Positions 13,378-27,940 of a stretch of DNA of 64,000 nt are shown in pieces; the stretch's first letter is position 1, and each line of letters opens with the position of its first letter. The position numbers and the translations under genes are program-made. Origin of the DNA: Gnetum montanum (taxonomy: Eukaryota; Plantae; Gnetophyta); contig MNCI01001903.1 of the NCBI GenBank assembly GCA_015680685.1, forward strand, positions 105,586 to 169,585, given 5' to 3'. The notes under the pieces are model-generated. The model was not told where the DNA came from. It saw only the letters and a program-made list of their open reading frames with translations, and searched no databases.

Positions 13378-16300
13378 ATGTCTTCTTCTCATAAGAGTCT
13401 ATCTTTGCCCAGGGCAAACCAAGTGCCCCAAAAATACAGGGTGGTATATACTCATCCCGATGAGTATGTACTAGACTTCACCTTCATATTACATCAAGAT
13501 GAAATGCTATGATGGTACAACATGGAAGGAAACATTGTGTTTCTTCTGGATTGATCTATTCTAGCTATGCTCCAACTAATGCTTGCAGGACATAGACTTC
13601 AATATCTTCACAAAGAGCATGAGATGAAACATCTTGATTAAAGGGATTATCATGCCACAGAAGCATAAAGGTTAAGAGATTGTCAGTTGGAGCACCAACA
13701 TGAGCTTGTGAAGGGCAAGGGATCAAACACTTGTCCACCTCCACTTGGCCCATTGGATGGAGGAAAATACTTCTCTAGAGGCTTTTCCTTTGGTTACACT
13801 CCTCTCTTTGAATTTGGTCAAGGGGCCCTCAACTAAAATGTGCAATCTACAATTCATAAATCTAGTTCTGGTCGAAACGAATCCAATGAAAAAAATGGAT
13901 CTAGAGGAGCAAGTACGATAAGGGGAAAAATGGATGTCACAATCATGATCATGGTCGTGATCATTGAAGAAAATGTGGTAGGCATTAGCACAATGCAAGT
14001 TCTTCTTCCTCTTCCCCTTCATCATCTTTTTCTTCTTCATCTGGCTCAGATCATGGTCATAGAGGGCATGACCTTGATAGAGGTGATTGATGGGACTGAA
14101 ACAACAAAAGGGACCATTGGGATAGTCGTGATCGAAGGTGTGGGAAATTTAGAGAGACCCACTGCCATGAAAGAATGGTTAGAAGAGAACATCATAGACA
14201 CCATCACTATGGCCTTAGCGAACCTTTACTTGCCACTCAGAGCATGTTAAACATTACAAAGGCTATGAGGATCTCCATAAGGCATGTAAAAGATAGTATA
14301 TGAAAGAAGTTAGACATGAATAACATGCCTCGGTTTGAGGGAGGTTATGATGCTGATCTAAAAAATCATCTCCAAGCCTTCCAAGATGCATGTGCCTTGC
14401 AGAATATTAAGAACGATTAGAAAAAGTTGAAATTATTTCCAAAGATACTTATTAAGGAAGCAGAAAATTGGTACCAATCCTTGGAGCTAGAATCAATCTA
14501 GCAATGGAGTATGATGTTAGAATTGTTTAATGACAAATATCAAACATACTCCTGAGTATCTAATCTGAGGAAGTAGATCCAAGGGTGGAAACAAGGAAAC
14601 CATGAGGCCTTGGATGCTACTATTGGCTAGTACTACCCTCTATTGCATAGGTGTCCCAGCCATGGCTACTCTTAGATAGATCAACTCTACCATATTATAG
14701 ATGGGTTGTAATCTAAAACAAGGAAAACCCTTGGTGTCTATGCTCAAGGGAGACTGATAGAGTTGAGAGTTCATCGGATCCAAAAGTTAATTGAGCAAGT
14801 AGCTAGGAAGGAGAGAGAATTGAGAAAGTGAGAAAGTATAGAGGAATACAACAACGATCCTTCTATTCACAATAGGGGGTTCAATTTTGTGATAGAGAGG
14901 ATGAGTTAACAAGAGATGAGGTGGCTAATTAGAAAACCTTGCCACTCCAAAAATTGCAATTCAAAATTACAGTTAGGTTGACCAACTATGGAATTGCATG
15001 GACAATAACTTTCAAGCTATTTTAAAAATTTCTATAGAGTCTATGGAACAAATGGTAAGCGTAAGCGCTAGAGACATAAGGAAGCTAAACATGCCATATC
15101 CAAGGGTAAGGGTAAGATGGCTATGATAGAGATGATTGCAGACAATGAATCAGATGATGATGGTAGGTGTGAAGTCTACCAATATGAACATCTGAAGGGA
15201 TGTTGTTCAATTTTGTCACACTTGCAAGAATCTGGGGTGTATGCCTTACATCCATGACTTACACAAAGGTAAACATCCAAAAGATTACCTTATCCACATG
15301 GAAATTATTGACAGTTCCACCGACCACAATAGTATTATCCAAGTGGAACTCCACCACAACCCTATGAATTATACCAACAGTGACAATAACCGCAATTGTG
15401 GGCATTAGGACCTTCAAGATAGTAGTACCCCTACTAGCAACTAGATCCCTATGGTCATTATGTTTAGCAATCTTCATCTCCATGGGACTCCTCTGGTCAT
15501 GTTGCTACTTACCAACCTCACCATTACCCTCCTGAAGTGTACCAACCACCATAAGTAAGGAGGGATGCCACCTACTATCCTCATGCTCCTCCTATTCTTG
15601 CACTTACTCCTCTACCTCCTGCATAGCTACCACCTGCTCCATCCATGCAGGGTAAATTACCTACCCAACCATAGCAAAGAAATGCTACAAAGGTGGTTAA
15701 TTTGCAATTGGTTAATCAACCAAGTGGGTTGGAACCATGATTAAAGAAAAGATCCTTCTTCTGATCTCACAGTCCACCAAAGCCCTTAGACACATCAACG
15801 GTTGGTAGCCCTCCTCCTCCACCTTCCTATACCTCACCTTTATCCAAGTCCCCTTCAAAAGAAAATCCTTCTCAAATCGATATTGTGATGTTTACCCATG
15901 TTGTATTTGATTGGATTTGAGCTAGTAACCTATGCAGGAAGTTCATTGATCCTAGGAGTCCCTTAGTATATTTGCAAATTGTTGGGAATGAGCCTTGTAA
16001 AGCTCTTCTTAACTCTGGTTTTGGTGTTTATCTAATCTCACATGAGATGTACACCATGTGGAACCTTCCTCCCATAAAGAAGAGCAACATTAGGTTAGAG
16101 TTGGCAAAATAGTCCATCACTATTCCATTAAGATTGGTAGAAGACATCATGACCACCATTTGTGGATGGTCATGTCCTACCAACTTTCTATTAATCAAGG
16201 TAGAGAACTACAAGGGGAACTTCCCAATTATTATGATAAGGGCATGGTTGAGCACTATTGATGCCAAAATGGGCATTAGAGATCTTTCCCTAGAGATATC

Positions 16301-17000
16301 CAAAAAAATGAATTTAGGAAGATTTAGAAGAAGAGGGTTCCATGTATTGGGTACAGCAATTCAAGGTGCCATTGTGTGTAGAAGCTATGGTTAGTGAAGC
16401 AAACATCTATCCTTGCATGTAAGTAGTGTGCACCAGAAGATGAAATCCAAAGATATTTGTACATGGTAGCCACAAAACAAGAAGGCACATAGTGACTAAT
16501 AGGTGATTCTAGTAGTAGTACATTGTGCATGGAACCTACTGAGGGCCTAACATGTGATTATGTTGCAAGTATGGATGAACTTGAGAAAGTTTATCACTAG
16601 CTCTTTGAGGGAGTAAATGATGATATTAATTGGGGAGAGTTGGAGATTCCTAACAATTTCAAACTAGAACCCCTTGAATTAAAGACATTACCAACCAGAA
16701 TGAAGCATGTGTTCTTGAAAAATGGAAGGTTGATCATTATTAATGCCAATCTTGCTGCAAAAAAAAAAGAAGATGTTGATGAATGTTGTGGAAAAATGGT
16801 CAGCAACCTTTGCCTAGTCATATTCCAAGTTCATAGGAATATATCCAAGAATATGCCAACACTGAATATACACTAACCCCACTGTTAAATCAAAACAATA
16901 GCCACAAGAGTGTTTGAATTCCAAATTAAAGCAGATTATTACAGAGGAGATTGAGCAACACCTCAAGACGGGATTCATCTACCCTGTTGCAAATAGTGAG
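13378..17000 (+). pseudogene. Element B gag, protease and RT N-terminus (decayed)
   Basis: MPRFEGGYDADLKNHLQAFQDAC...KLKLFP...AENWYQSL (gag, ~14325-14540); DPRSPLVYLQIVG..CKALLNSG (PR, ~15950); GFIYPVANSE ends at the C insertion site. Start approximate. Confidence 0.8.
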
Positions 17001-18863
17001 TGAAACATCATCAATTTTAGGCTTCTACAGTTCAATGGCAAATTTTTCTAAGTGTCAAAACTCGAGCAAATTTTTCTAAGTCTAGTGTTGCGCTTTACAG
17101 CGTAGGTAGCGCAACACAATTGAGTCATATTTGTTTTTTTGCAAAAATTTTTCTAAGTGTCATGCTATGCTTCCCAAAGTAGCTAGTGTAGCACACATTT
17201 CCATGGCCTTTCTGAACAAGTGTCAAGCTAGAAGTGGTCAAGGATTTCTTAGGATGGACCAAACAGTTTGGCAAATTTTCTCTCTTGGGCTATCAAGCTT
17301 GCTATGCTCCCTAGCGTGCCCAACTTGACACATGTCCCAATTTCCAATTCACCCAAGAACTAGGCTAGAGTCTGTCAAAAATTCTTAGAATGGATGAAAT
17401 AGTTTGGCAAGTTTTCCACCTTTCAGGGTGCTACACTTTGTAGCATAGCGAGCGTGACCCAGGTTTCAATGCCCAATTTTTCCTAAGTGTCGAATAAGGA
17501 TTTTTCAAGCAAGTTTGACATGGAAGATGCATTTGGCACATTTTCTAACTTTCAACGCTGCTTATCCTACTACACCCCAGAGTGTGGTCAGCGTGCCATG
17601 AAGGAACATTGAAGATTTCATCAAAATTTATCAAAGTGTCCCTACTACTCTATGCAGTATAACTAGCATGACCAGTGTGTCAATTCAAAATTTTCAAAAT
17701 TTCACTAAGTGTTCTTGGTACACTTTGCTATGCTGTGTATCATAGCTAGCTTGACACTAGGAAAATGCTTCCAAAAGCCTCCAGACCTCAGCATCAACCT
17801 TCATCTCAGCTTCGATGTCCCTTCGGTGGCCAAGATTAGTAGTTTACATTTTTTTGCACCCACCATTGATCCACAAAATTATCCCTATGCTTGATCCTAC
17901 TCGAAAGAGGGGGAAGACATAGTCCTGAAGCATAGTCTTCAAGTTACATTATTATGACATTGTTTGTAGGAACATTATGGTTTCTCAAACTTTGGCACAT
18001 GCAGTCTAGGTAGTGTGGTCATAGTTTAGCAATCTTTAGGTACTTGTTGCTATCTTGCAAAGTGTAACATTTTGCTACAAGGAGTAGAACATGTTAGCAT
18101 AACCCTATCTATGCTCATGCCACATGGCACCTAGGCCATGTGGCAACTGATTTGCATTTCATGTTAAACCTAACTCTATAAATACCTTCACATTTAGCAC
18201 TTTAGGGGTTGGAAAATTAGAAGATCATTGAGCATTTGAGCATTTTAAGCATCTGTCACTCCTACACTTGAGCACCTGAGCTTCACACCTTGGCGAGTAC
18301 CCCAACGTAGTCCACCATTACACCCATAGAGCATGATGATAGCTAACCTAACAAGTTCAGCATCCCTTGCAGTCGCTAGTGCTACATCCCAGACATCCTT
18401 GAAACTATGACCACACTACTATGCTACCACTATTCCTATCTAATGCCACATGCCATTTTCACCTCATGTTCAAGTAAAATTTATGCTCTCCATTTTTGGG
18501 GCAGTGCATTTTTGTACTCTCAAACTTTTGTTCCATTTCCTTTCTAAGCATTTATTTCTAATATTAAGCATAACTCTTACATTTCTCCACTGTCAATATA
18601 TGTTTGCATGTTCATGTCACTATTTTTGGGCTGCGACCTCCCCTTATGCCCTTAATTGTTATCCCAGCATCCACGCGTAATGCTTTGCAAACTTCTATCA
18701 AAAATAGATATTTTAACACCACTTAAGTCCTTGTCTGATTAACCAAACCATTCAGGGCACCTCATTTCTATTTCCCTAGCATGACCCTATCATGGATTTG
18801 GGGTTAGGCTATATGCCCGTGGACCTCTTGGTGTTCCAACCATTGAAATTTTTAGACACCATA
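17001..18863 (+). repeat. 5' LTR of element C
   Basis: Colinear with 34062-35918; CTATAAATA at ~18176; repeated TTTTCTAAGTGT-like motifs and GCTACGC-type palindromes in U3. Confidence 0.92.
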
Positions 18864-18868
18864 GTTTT

Positions 18869-18885
18869 TGACACTAGAAGGAGGG
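18869..18885 (+). promoter_or_regulatory. Primer-binding site, tRNA-Asn type, element C
   Basis: TGACACTAGAAGGAGGG, two transitions from TGGCGCTAGAAGGAGGG. Confidence 0.85.
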
Positions 18886-19332
18886 CCTTCCATTTTTTCT
18901 ATGTTCAAGGGTAGTCCCACATGCTTCTGCACCCCCATCACTAGCAACAAGCTAGTGTAGACGTAACACCCTTATGGACCTACCATGGTAGTAGCTGGAT
19001 CATAGGCAAGCACAAGAGTTGTTTATGTTCGAGTTGGTGTAGATTGGTCCTAGTTGTCAGTTCCCCTAGAATCTCGTAGGATGGAAAGCCCAAACTATGT
19101 TCATTGCATCAAGATCTAAGTGTTCTATTGAGCATGACAACTCTTGAGAGCGTAATAGTCCCTTAGAGTGTAATGAGCATAATGCCAGAGATAGCCAATT
19201 TTTTACATTTCTAGACTTAGTCATTTTTGGCCTGTTTTCTATAGCTTGCATACATAGCTATTTTTTTAAGTCTTCTACACTTCAACATTTTTTCCAGTAT
19301 CTTCTTTTCTCACATTTTTCCTACACAGAAAA

Positions 19333-22300
19333 ATGAACCCCATTAACACCTCAGCCACTACCTTGATCTTGGAGGTAGCTCATCCCATCCAATAGGTGGG
19401 AGACATTGAGCAACCACCTAGCCTTATACAACCACAATGGTAGTCTCTTAGACTACAACACCAATCTTGTGAACATAGGGCACTAGATGATGAATGATAC
19501 AATTTCCTTTGTGAAAAAATTCAAGTGGGCCTATCATTGGACTACCAAGAAATAGAGGCCAAGCGTGGTTTTGAAATCATCCATCAAAATGGGGGAGTTC
19601 TTTCCCACCCTTAATGTGGTCATACTGCTCATCGACAACTTCAAGTGGATCTTAGATCAACTCATTAGGATGAGTAGGCCAAAAGAATATGATGTAGTAT
19701 CAAACTAGGATGAACCCCTATAGGATGGATAGGAGGAGTTTGAGTTCCATTCTGATAGTGGCATCCCATTCTATGTCTCGGTCCAATAGCTTGCTTCCAT
19801 TTTTATGTTGCACCAATCATAGTCCTCTACCTTCTTCAAGGTAGTTGTGACACTTCCATAGTCCAAGTCTCCACCGGTTGTAGCTAGCCACCAAGTCCTA
19901 CATGCTCAACAGAGCATAAGACCTTACACTTCTTTCCTCTTTGTCATCTCCTTGCAGTCTGTGAAACCTTCCCAGCTGGCATCTATGATGCCAATGCTTT
20001 CATATGTGCACACTATGTCCATGTCATAGCCATAGGTAAGTCACATGCTCTTTATCCCAACCATCTTAGTCCCACCACAAACAACAGCCCCAACCTCAAT
20101 TTCATGGTGGGCCACAACTTTTGTACCCATGGTACAACTATCACATGTGCCATAGTACACACAATACCAAACTTACCAAGTGTCACACATGGTGGCATAG
20201 CCCACAACGGGGCAGTGGGCTACTCCAATGGCACCACCAATGGCACAACCAACACAACCCTCCATAACATCTCCGAGTTTAGACCAAGCATTCCAACTCA
20301 TTCAAACCCTCACCAAGGAGGTTAGGTGGCTTAAAGTGGCCAACTTGGAAACAGTCCACATAATGGACTTCTATCAAGATGATCCAATCAGCCCTATAGT
20401 CCTGTAATTAATACTACCCCTTGGGGTCCAACTACCCTAATTCATGAAATATAATGACAAAGGTGACCCCAGCACCGACTTGGTTACTTTTCATTCTGAG
20501 TGCTTATTATTGCAAGTGTGGCCACATGCGATCATATGCATTTTCACCATGTCCATGACTAGAAAAACTCTTGACTAGTATCATGCGGTCCCTAGAGCTT
20601 CCATTTCAACTTTAGAGGAGCTACTAAGCTAATTCATAACCCACTTCATGTACAACTTGAAGCTTGAGGCCACACTAGACTAGCTGATGAATGTTAAAAA
20701 AGGGTTGTTTGAGCCGATACAAAAGTTTATACAACGTTGGAGCACCTCCCTCAAAAAAATCCATGAGCTGATAGTTAAAACCCACCTGCTGGCTATCCTC
20801 AAGGGTGTAGTAAATGATTTTATCAAATTGAAACTATACTAATTAGCCCTACATTCTCTTAGCCAAGCTTTTTCTTAGACAAAAAGCATACAAGATGTGG
20901 TGGAAGCTAGTAGGAACCCGACCTATGTGGCTTACAATAATGCACATGCAAAGAAAGACAAAGGAAAGGAGAAGGACATAACAACCATTATAGTTGTGGC
21001 TGATGAAGACAACCTCAACAACAACAAGCTAGCAGCTAAGGCACCTAAGGCACCAGCCAACAACAACAAAGCATTGGGTTTTGGCACTGCAGGAATAAAC
21101 CAACCCAGATAATTGGCAGCTGTAAGGAAAGCTTCCCAAACGCCAAACTTTGAGTGCAAGGATCACTTGAAGTACACCCCCTTGCTTATCAAGTTGTTAG
21201 AACTCTTAGACCAACTGCTTAGTGCTAGGTACATTCAACACAAAAAAATGTCTAAGGATGTGCAAAAATGCCACAAGAGGTACTATGAAGTCCTTAGAAA
21301 TCCTTCCTCAACTATGCCAAATGAGCCTTCGGTACCTAAGAACTTCATATTGGACCGGTTCTACAACTATCATCAATTTCATGACCATGACATGGACTAT
21401 TGCTTGGCATTGAGAGACAACATTCAATGCATGATAGATCAAGGAAAATTAGTCCTTGATGAAAGTAATCTTGTCTGGATAGAGAACCAATCCATGAAGG
21501 TTACATTATCAATGCCATTAGCATTAATGACAATGTAGAGTTGGCACATGAACTATTCATGGTTCGTGCACCCTCTGGTGACACTGGGGACTTAACATGA
21601 ACTAGGCCACAAGCCCCCTTTGTCATCAAGGCATCACCTCGGGCCCCCTTGACACCCTTTATGGTTAGGACCCCATTGCATGTTTCAGCAATGGCAACCT
21701 AGACACATTTTTTCATTAGGATGCCAAAACATGTACATCCCCCATCTACCTAGGGTTTGATGATGGGAACTACACCACAACCTGCCCACCCGAAGAGACA
21801 TGATGAACGTCTAGCTGATAAGATGGCTAGGGAACACATGGAGCTAGGTCATCATAGGCCGACTCCCTTGTCAGTCATCCCTATGACCTCATCATCTCAG
21901 GCCACTAACGCAAACATGAAAAGTCAATGGAAAAACACTGAGGCTCGAAGGTCCACAGCACAACCAAAAGCCAAATCTCCTCCTTGAGAGATTCACCTCC
22001 TAGGATGCATGGAGGAGGTAAAGACCGCCAAAATAATAGATGATGGAAAATATTTTCTAGATGCATTGGCACAAGTTAAGTAGGCTCTAAAATATAAAAA
22101 TACAACCTTGAGCCTGTATGACTTGATCATGACCTCCCCTACTCATCATGAGGTCTTGGTTTGCATGCTAGCATCCATTCCTATTAAGGAAGAAATGCTA
22201 GCAGATGAAAAAAGCCATTCATGCCATAATGCTTCCACCTACAACCAAAGATTTAAGGTTAATACCCTTGACATTTCATGATGAAGCAATCAAAGCTAAT

Positions 22301-22972
22301 CCTAACAAGGGTTAGGTAACCATAACACCCATGTTCATAATGACTCGTGTAGGGTAATACAAGATTTTCCCAATGCATGTTGATGATGGGGTGGCAACTA
22401 ATGTCATCCCATTTCCTGTCATTAACAAGATTAGCCTGGTGGATCAGATTAGGCCAATAAAAACATGTTTGAAGTCCTTTAATGGAGCATGTGTGGTTGC
22501 CAGGGGGATAGTCATGATTGATTTTGTGGCAAGGGAATAATTCCCCACTAACATTGAATTCATCATGGTTGAAGAAATGCCTAGATTCAACCTAATCCTA
22601 GGGAGGTCTTGGCTGGCCTAGCTACAGGGTGTTTCCTTACCTATCCACCAAGAGATCCACTTACCCTATGAGGGTGGGGAGGTGGTGATCTTTGGTGATA
22701 ACGTAGCCCTTCCAACCATCAACAACATGGATACCGAACAAGGGTCGAAGGTAGAGTTCTTCGAAGATACACCACCTATTTCTAATGAAGGTCAATGTTG
22801 TTCGGTCAATATTACACAACTAATCAAGGCAAGCAACCTCCATGAGGAAGCTCTACAGGAAAAATTTCCCTTCTTCATGGTAGACGAAGGCCTAGGGGAG
22901 TACCTTCTAGTGCCTTCTAAGCCTTACACACCACTTAACCTACATCAAGTTACGAAGCATCTATGTGACTAG
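19333..22972 (+). pseudogene. Element C gag-protease (decayed)
   Basis: Gag core ~20430-20900; zinc-knuckle-like FYNYHQFHDHDMDYCLALRDNIQ; protease HVDDGVATNVIP and FNLILGRSWL at ~22380-22620. Confidence 0.85.
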
Positions 22973-23108
22973 GGCATGTCCCTAGTTCTCTTGCATGTCT
23001 AACTTACCTTTTGTCTCTTTGTCTATATAGTTATAATTTTGCGTTATTGTTTGCATCTTTCATTAGTTATGATTTTGTTTAGCTTTCTTTTTTCAAAAGA
23101 AAAAAATG

Positions 23109-23290
23109 AGGCCTAGAAAGGCCTTAAACTACCACATAGCCCAAATAGGCCTTAAACTATTGCATGGCTTGTCAAGGCCTAAAACTGACAACTGATTTCC
23201 CTTCAAGTGATGGCCCGAAATGGCCTTAAAATAGTGATGGACCTGCTGCCATGACCTTAAAATAGCATGGGGCCCACAATGGGCCTAATT
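23109..23290 (+). repeat. Array of ~6 hairpin/pseudoknot-like units (GGCC-N6-GGCC-TTAAACT) downstream of PR in element C
   Basis: Units read directly, e.g. GGCTTGTCAAGGCCTAAAACTGACA at 23166-23190. Confidence 0.8.
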
Positions 23291-26200
23291 GCATTAATCA
23301 AATCATATGTTAAAATTATCACATTATTACATGAAAAGATAACAAGATGAGAAGAAAATAATTGTCATACTTCATTGAATCATCAATATAATACATAGTT
23401 CAAAATTACATCCACAACATGAAGTGACCAAAAAGACACAAAATTGCTGATAGTAAGGCTACATCTTAAGCATGTTAGTTTTTCGTTTACGATAGGGGGC
23501 TAAGGCTCTTCCCCTTCATCTTCATCCACTGCTCCACTAGGTCCCGCACCTTCACCTAGAACCTATGTCAAACAAAAATGAAATAATAAATTATTCAATA
23601 AATGAGGTAACATGCAAAATTATAATAAAATAGACAATAATAAAGCAAGCCAAACCAACCTAAGAAGGGCCCGCATCCATGTCTGGGGGCATCTTGTCGA
23701 GGCCAGCCTCTAGGCACTGGAGGATTTCATCCTTTGACATACATGTCCAATCCTCCTCACACAGGTCAATGATTGCAAGGGTTTTCCATTTTTTCATGGC
23801 TACCCATGTGGGTGGCCCTAGTGAAAATGTTGTAGAAATTACCTCTCCAAAAGGTATAGTGATTTGTGTCTCTGGAGACTCACTAACCACTACATGGCTT
23901 GTGAATAGTTTGTAAGCCTACTTTGCGCCAATTGTGTCAAGGAATATCTCTTGACATCGATGCTCCACAAACTCATTTCTATACTTCTTATAGTAGCCTT
24001 TGCACTCTAACTTGTAGTGATGTTTATGATTCTTTTATGTTTGTCCCCATTGATACACCTTTGCACTGTAGTCCTTATAATCTTGGTTTTTTCTAGCCAA
24101 GAGGTCCATTTGTAGCCTTTGTTTGATAAACTCGTAGGTGGCCTCATTTTTATCCTAAACAACCAATCAGTAACTAGCATAATCGATTTCAGCCATGTAC
24201 CAACTATCATTCAGCTTGTTACATGAAACTAGGAAGTCATAGCATGACTATAAATCTTCTAGTTTGGCCTCCTAGTTTATCCTCTTTTCTTGAAGCTCTT
24301 GCACATGTTTCCACAACTACTTGTTTACACGTAGGCACTTCCACAATGCTCGTGTGGAGTACAATGCAAACTTTCTTGTCTCATCATATACATGATGAGG
24401 CACCTACTCCACCTCGAGGGGAACTTAGATATAGCATCGACTTGGATCACTCTGTTCGGGTCCCATTTGAGTTGCAAGCTTGTCATTCCATAATGGGTGG
24501 CAAAAAGTTAATCATAAGATAAAAAAGAAAATTAGATTAAAAAAGGAGAGAGATAATGATAGTGAAATAAATGTACCAATCTCAGGATCTATTTTTTTGA
24601 GGTAGTCTATCATGTCATCCATCACATCTTACATGGAGGTGACCTTATCTAGAGTTTTCGCCCACAGTCATGTGTGAAAGGTGGATGTTGATGTTGGATA
24701 GTCAGCAGAAGCATTAGCTGCTACAACATAAAGCACTTTATCATCATCAAAAATAAAATAACATACAAAAAATAAAATATAAAAATATAAAATATAAAAA
24801 ATAAAAAGAAAAAAAATAACACAATGAAGATGGTGATGCAAAGCTCCTACCCAACAAGCCCTTAGGTGTGAAAGTGAGGGAATTGCCCACCTACACATTG
24901 TCAAAGAAATGTTCAAACTGACCATCCTCAAACTACAACCCTTCTTCCTTGAGTTGCCTTAATGCTTTGGTGGCTTCCTACTCATCTTCATTTGCCATGT
25001 GTCCCTTGGGTTGAGGGACATCATCCTCCAAGGGCTACTCTACCACTATAGGGGCTCTTTTGCCTGTGTTGCACAAATTTAAGTTAGAATGTCTAATAAT
25101 AAATACAAAAATAGCATAACTTTAAATGATGCATACTTACTGGCTAGTTCTGAATGCATGTCATGGAGCTTGAATCATAGCTTCTTTCCCCCTTCCTCCA
25201 CTTCATGTGTGGGCTCCTCTGTGAGGCGAGGCTTCTTGATCTTTATTCTTGATGACCTCACTATCTTGGCAATGAGTCATGTCCCCCTTGCTACATTGCT
25301 AGTGTTGGTTGGTAAATCCTCCCCAGCACTATCATGTGCATGGAAGGATTGCCCCACATGGCCTTTAGTCATCACCGATAATGACTTGCCAATGGCCTTT
25401 GGGGGGTCCTGCGACCGAGTGGTGTAGAATAGGTGGCAAATCCAAAACTTGGAGATCTTGCACCATCCATTGCCCATTCTCACAGACCACCAAGAGTTTC
25501 ACAAACCTTCATAGGTAGACTACGAAGAAGGGAAGATGCACGTGTTATCATGCTTGGAGGTTGCTGCGTAGCTTGATGATTTTAGCTCGCAGGCCATGGA
25601 CAGGGTAGTTTTCCCAATTATACTATGTCCCCTCCTCTATCATGTCTCTCATGACCTAATTTTGCTCCACCCCAAGGATCTTCCCTTGGGAAAGCAACTT
25701 AGGAAATGCATGAGCTCAAAAAACTAGATAGAGGTGGTGGACCATAGGTACATCCACCATCTTCATGGGTATGCCTTTGCATCCCTTTTTAGTGCCCAAT
25801 CACTCTTTAATGTTCCCTTTGTGTTCTAGGTCCTTATTGATCTTTTTTGCTATTGGTAGACCTTCAGAGGGGATGTTGAAGAGGTCCATAAAGAGTTCAT
25901 CTATGATTTCAAAGGCCACTCATACATTATGGACCCGCGTGTGGAAGCGGTCAGCACTCTTGGTGAAAGAGTTGATTAGTGAAATGATCTCAGCCACTAG
26001 GATGTTTGGGTTCATGGCTAAGAAGAGGTCCATGAGCCTAGCCCACTAAAGATTCTTCACTACCTCTACTAAGGCCTCATAGCACAACTAGCACTGTGAG
26101 CTCTCAACTTCACTGTATTTAAAGAGGAGAGTGGCCTTAGTGTACCCTAAAGTAACCACCATGACCTCTCTTGACTAAAACTAAAAGTGCATGAATGTAA

Positions 26201-27224
26201 ATAACACATGACTTACCTGGCACAAACGGTGTGGAGGATGGTAGTAGTGGGACTAAAACCTCCTTGACACTCGGTATCTAGGTTGCTCACTCAATGTCTA
26301 ACCAGCTGAGAGTTTAACACCTCTTGTAAGATTTGAAATACCCACTAGGGTATTCCACCAAATATACCTTGACTTGCCTAATCATTCCAGCGTGAATATT
26401 CTCAACATATGAGAATTTATGCATGGAAATTTTGGTCAAGCTTAGTGCCCCCTCTTCATCATGGAGGCCATTTGCATCAATGGAAAACCTAGCAATAGGC
26501 AAAAGTAGTTAGTAGCCTAAGTCATGAAATAATAGGCACTATAATAAATTGCAATAGAGCTCACCCTCCAACACCATAGACCATCCTAGGTGGGTTTTGA
26601 AAGATAGTATGCACGTGTCAGGAAAGGAACATGGTGTTATACTTGTTGTAGCATTGAAACTTTGGCATTTCGTAGATTCTCAACAAGAGTCTAAGGCCTT
26701 TCTAGCACTGGCTCAAGCTCCCTGTCCCTTCCTCTTCAGCAAGCTCATTAGACATAACCTCAGAATGCCTTGGCTTTTCCCAAGCAATAATGTCTCAATT
26801 ATTACACCTGCTACTTCGGCTGAAAAGTGTGACCACATTATCACACTGAAGTGGCAGAGTAAGAATTCTAGGAATTCTTGCACACCTAACCTAAACCAAA
26901 TAGCTAGGTGTCCCACATGTCTTTGGTGTGGGCATGTTTGGTATGAGATCGCTCATACAGCATGAAATGCCAACTAACTTCACCACGATGAGGACAGGTT
27001 TCTGCAAGACCCTGCAATGCCATGATAGCAATTAAAAAAATGTTAGCATTGGAAAATAAAAAATAATTAAAAATGACATAAAAATTACAGTTAACATGAT
27101 TAGCCTTCCACGAGGTCCCATGGGAAAGGAACGTTGGTATACCCATCTAATGTGTCTAATTCCTACTGAAGCACAGCATTAACACCTACATTTTTACAAG
27201 TATTACAATTTTAGAAACATTAAA

Positions 27225-27415
27225 AATTTTCTAATTGTTAGTTACGCTCCCTATAGAGCATAACCTCTTCAACCTCAAATTTTTTTAAGTGTTAGTTACA
27301 CTCCCCACAGAGCATAACAACTGGCCAAAATTTTTTAAATTTTTGTAAGTGTTGGTTATGCTACCCATAGAGCATAACAACTACAAAGCTTCAGAATTTT
27401 TTCTAAGTATTAAGC
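27225..27415. repeat. ~55-60 bp tandem repeat (about 4 copies) with TTTTCTAAGTGT...GTTACGCTC..AGAGCATAAC core
   Basis: Read directly; lies in the long intron of the antisense gene. Confidence 0.75.
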
Positions 27416-27539
27416 GTAATAGTTTCAAAAAAATTTTAAACTTTTTTCATGCTCTCAGGGACACCCTAACATGATGGACGTGAACCACAATCACCTTTCC
27501 CCAATCGTTATGCTCTAACGTCACTTCTAAGCCACCTTG

Positions 27540-27940
27540 GCCAAGTCCTATTCTGCATTATGGGACAAAATGCTCAACCCTTGTTCTGCATCATGGAGCA
27601 GGACATCCAAAAATATTTATTCTACGCTGTGGTGTAGGATGCCCAAAAGCAACCTTGTTTCGTGCTATAGCATGGGATGCCAAAGATCCTATTTCCACAT
27701 TGTGGGGTGGAACATGTAGAAGACCTTGCCATATGCTGTAGTGCAGGACACCATAAAAAACTTTGTTTCACACTGTAGTATGGGATGCCAAGGAATCCTT
27801 ATTCTATGCTATGCTTGTGAGGATGCATAGAAAACCCTTGTTCCATGTCATGGCATAGAATGCATAAAAACCCTTGTTCAGCAATGCGGTGCGGGACACC
27901 AAAAAACCCTTTTTCTATGTCATGGCATAAGATGCTAAAA
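27540..27940. repeat. ~40 bp degenerate tandem repeat (about 10 copies), consensus near AAACCTTGTTCCACGCTGTGGCGCAGGACGCCAAA
   Basis: Read directly; strongly deaminated copies. Confidence 0.8.
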
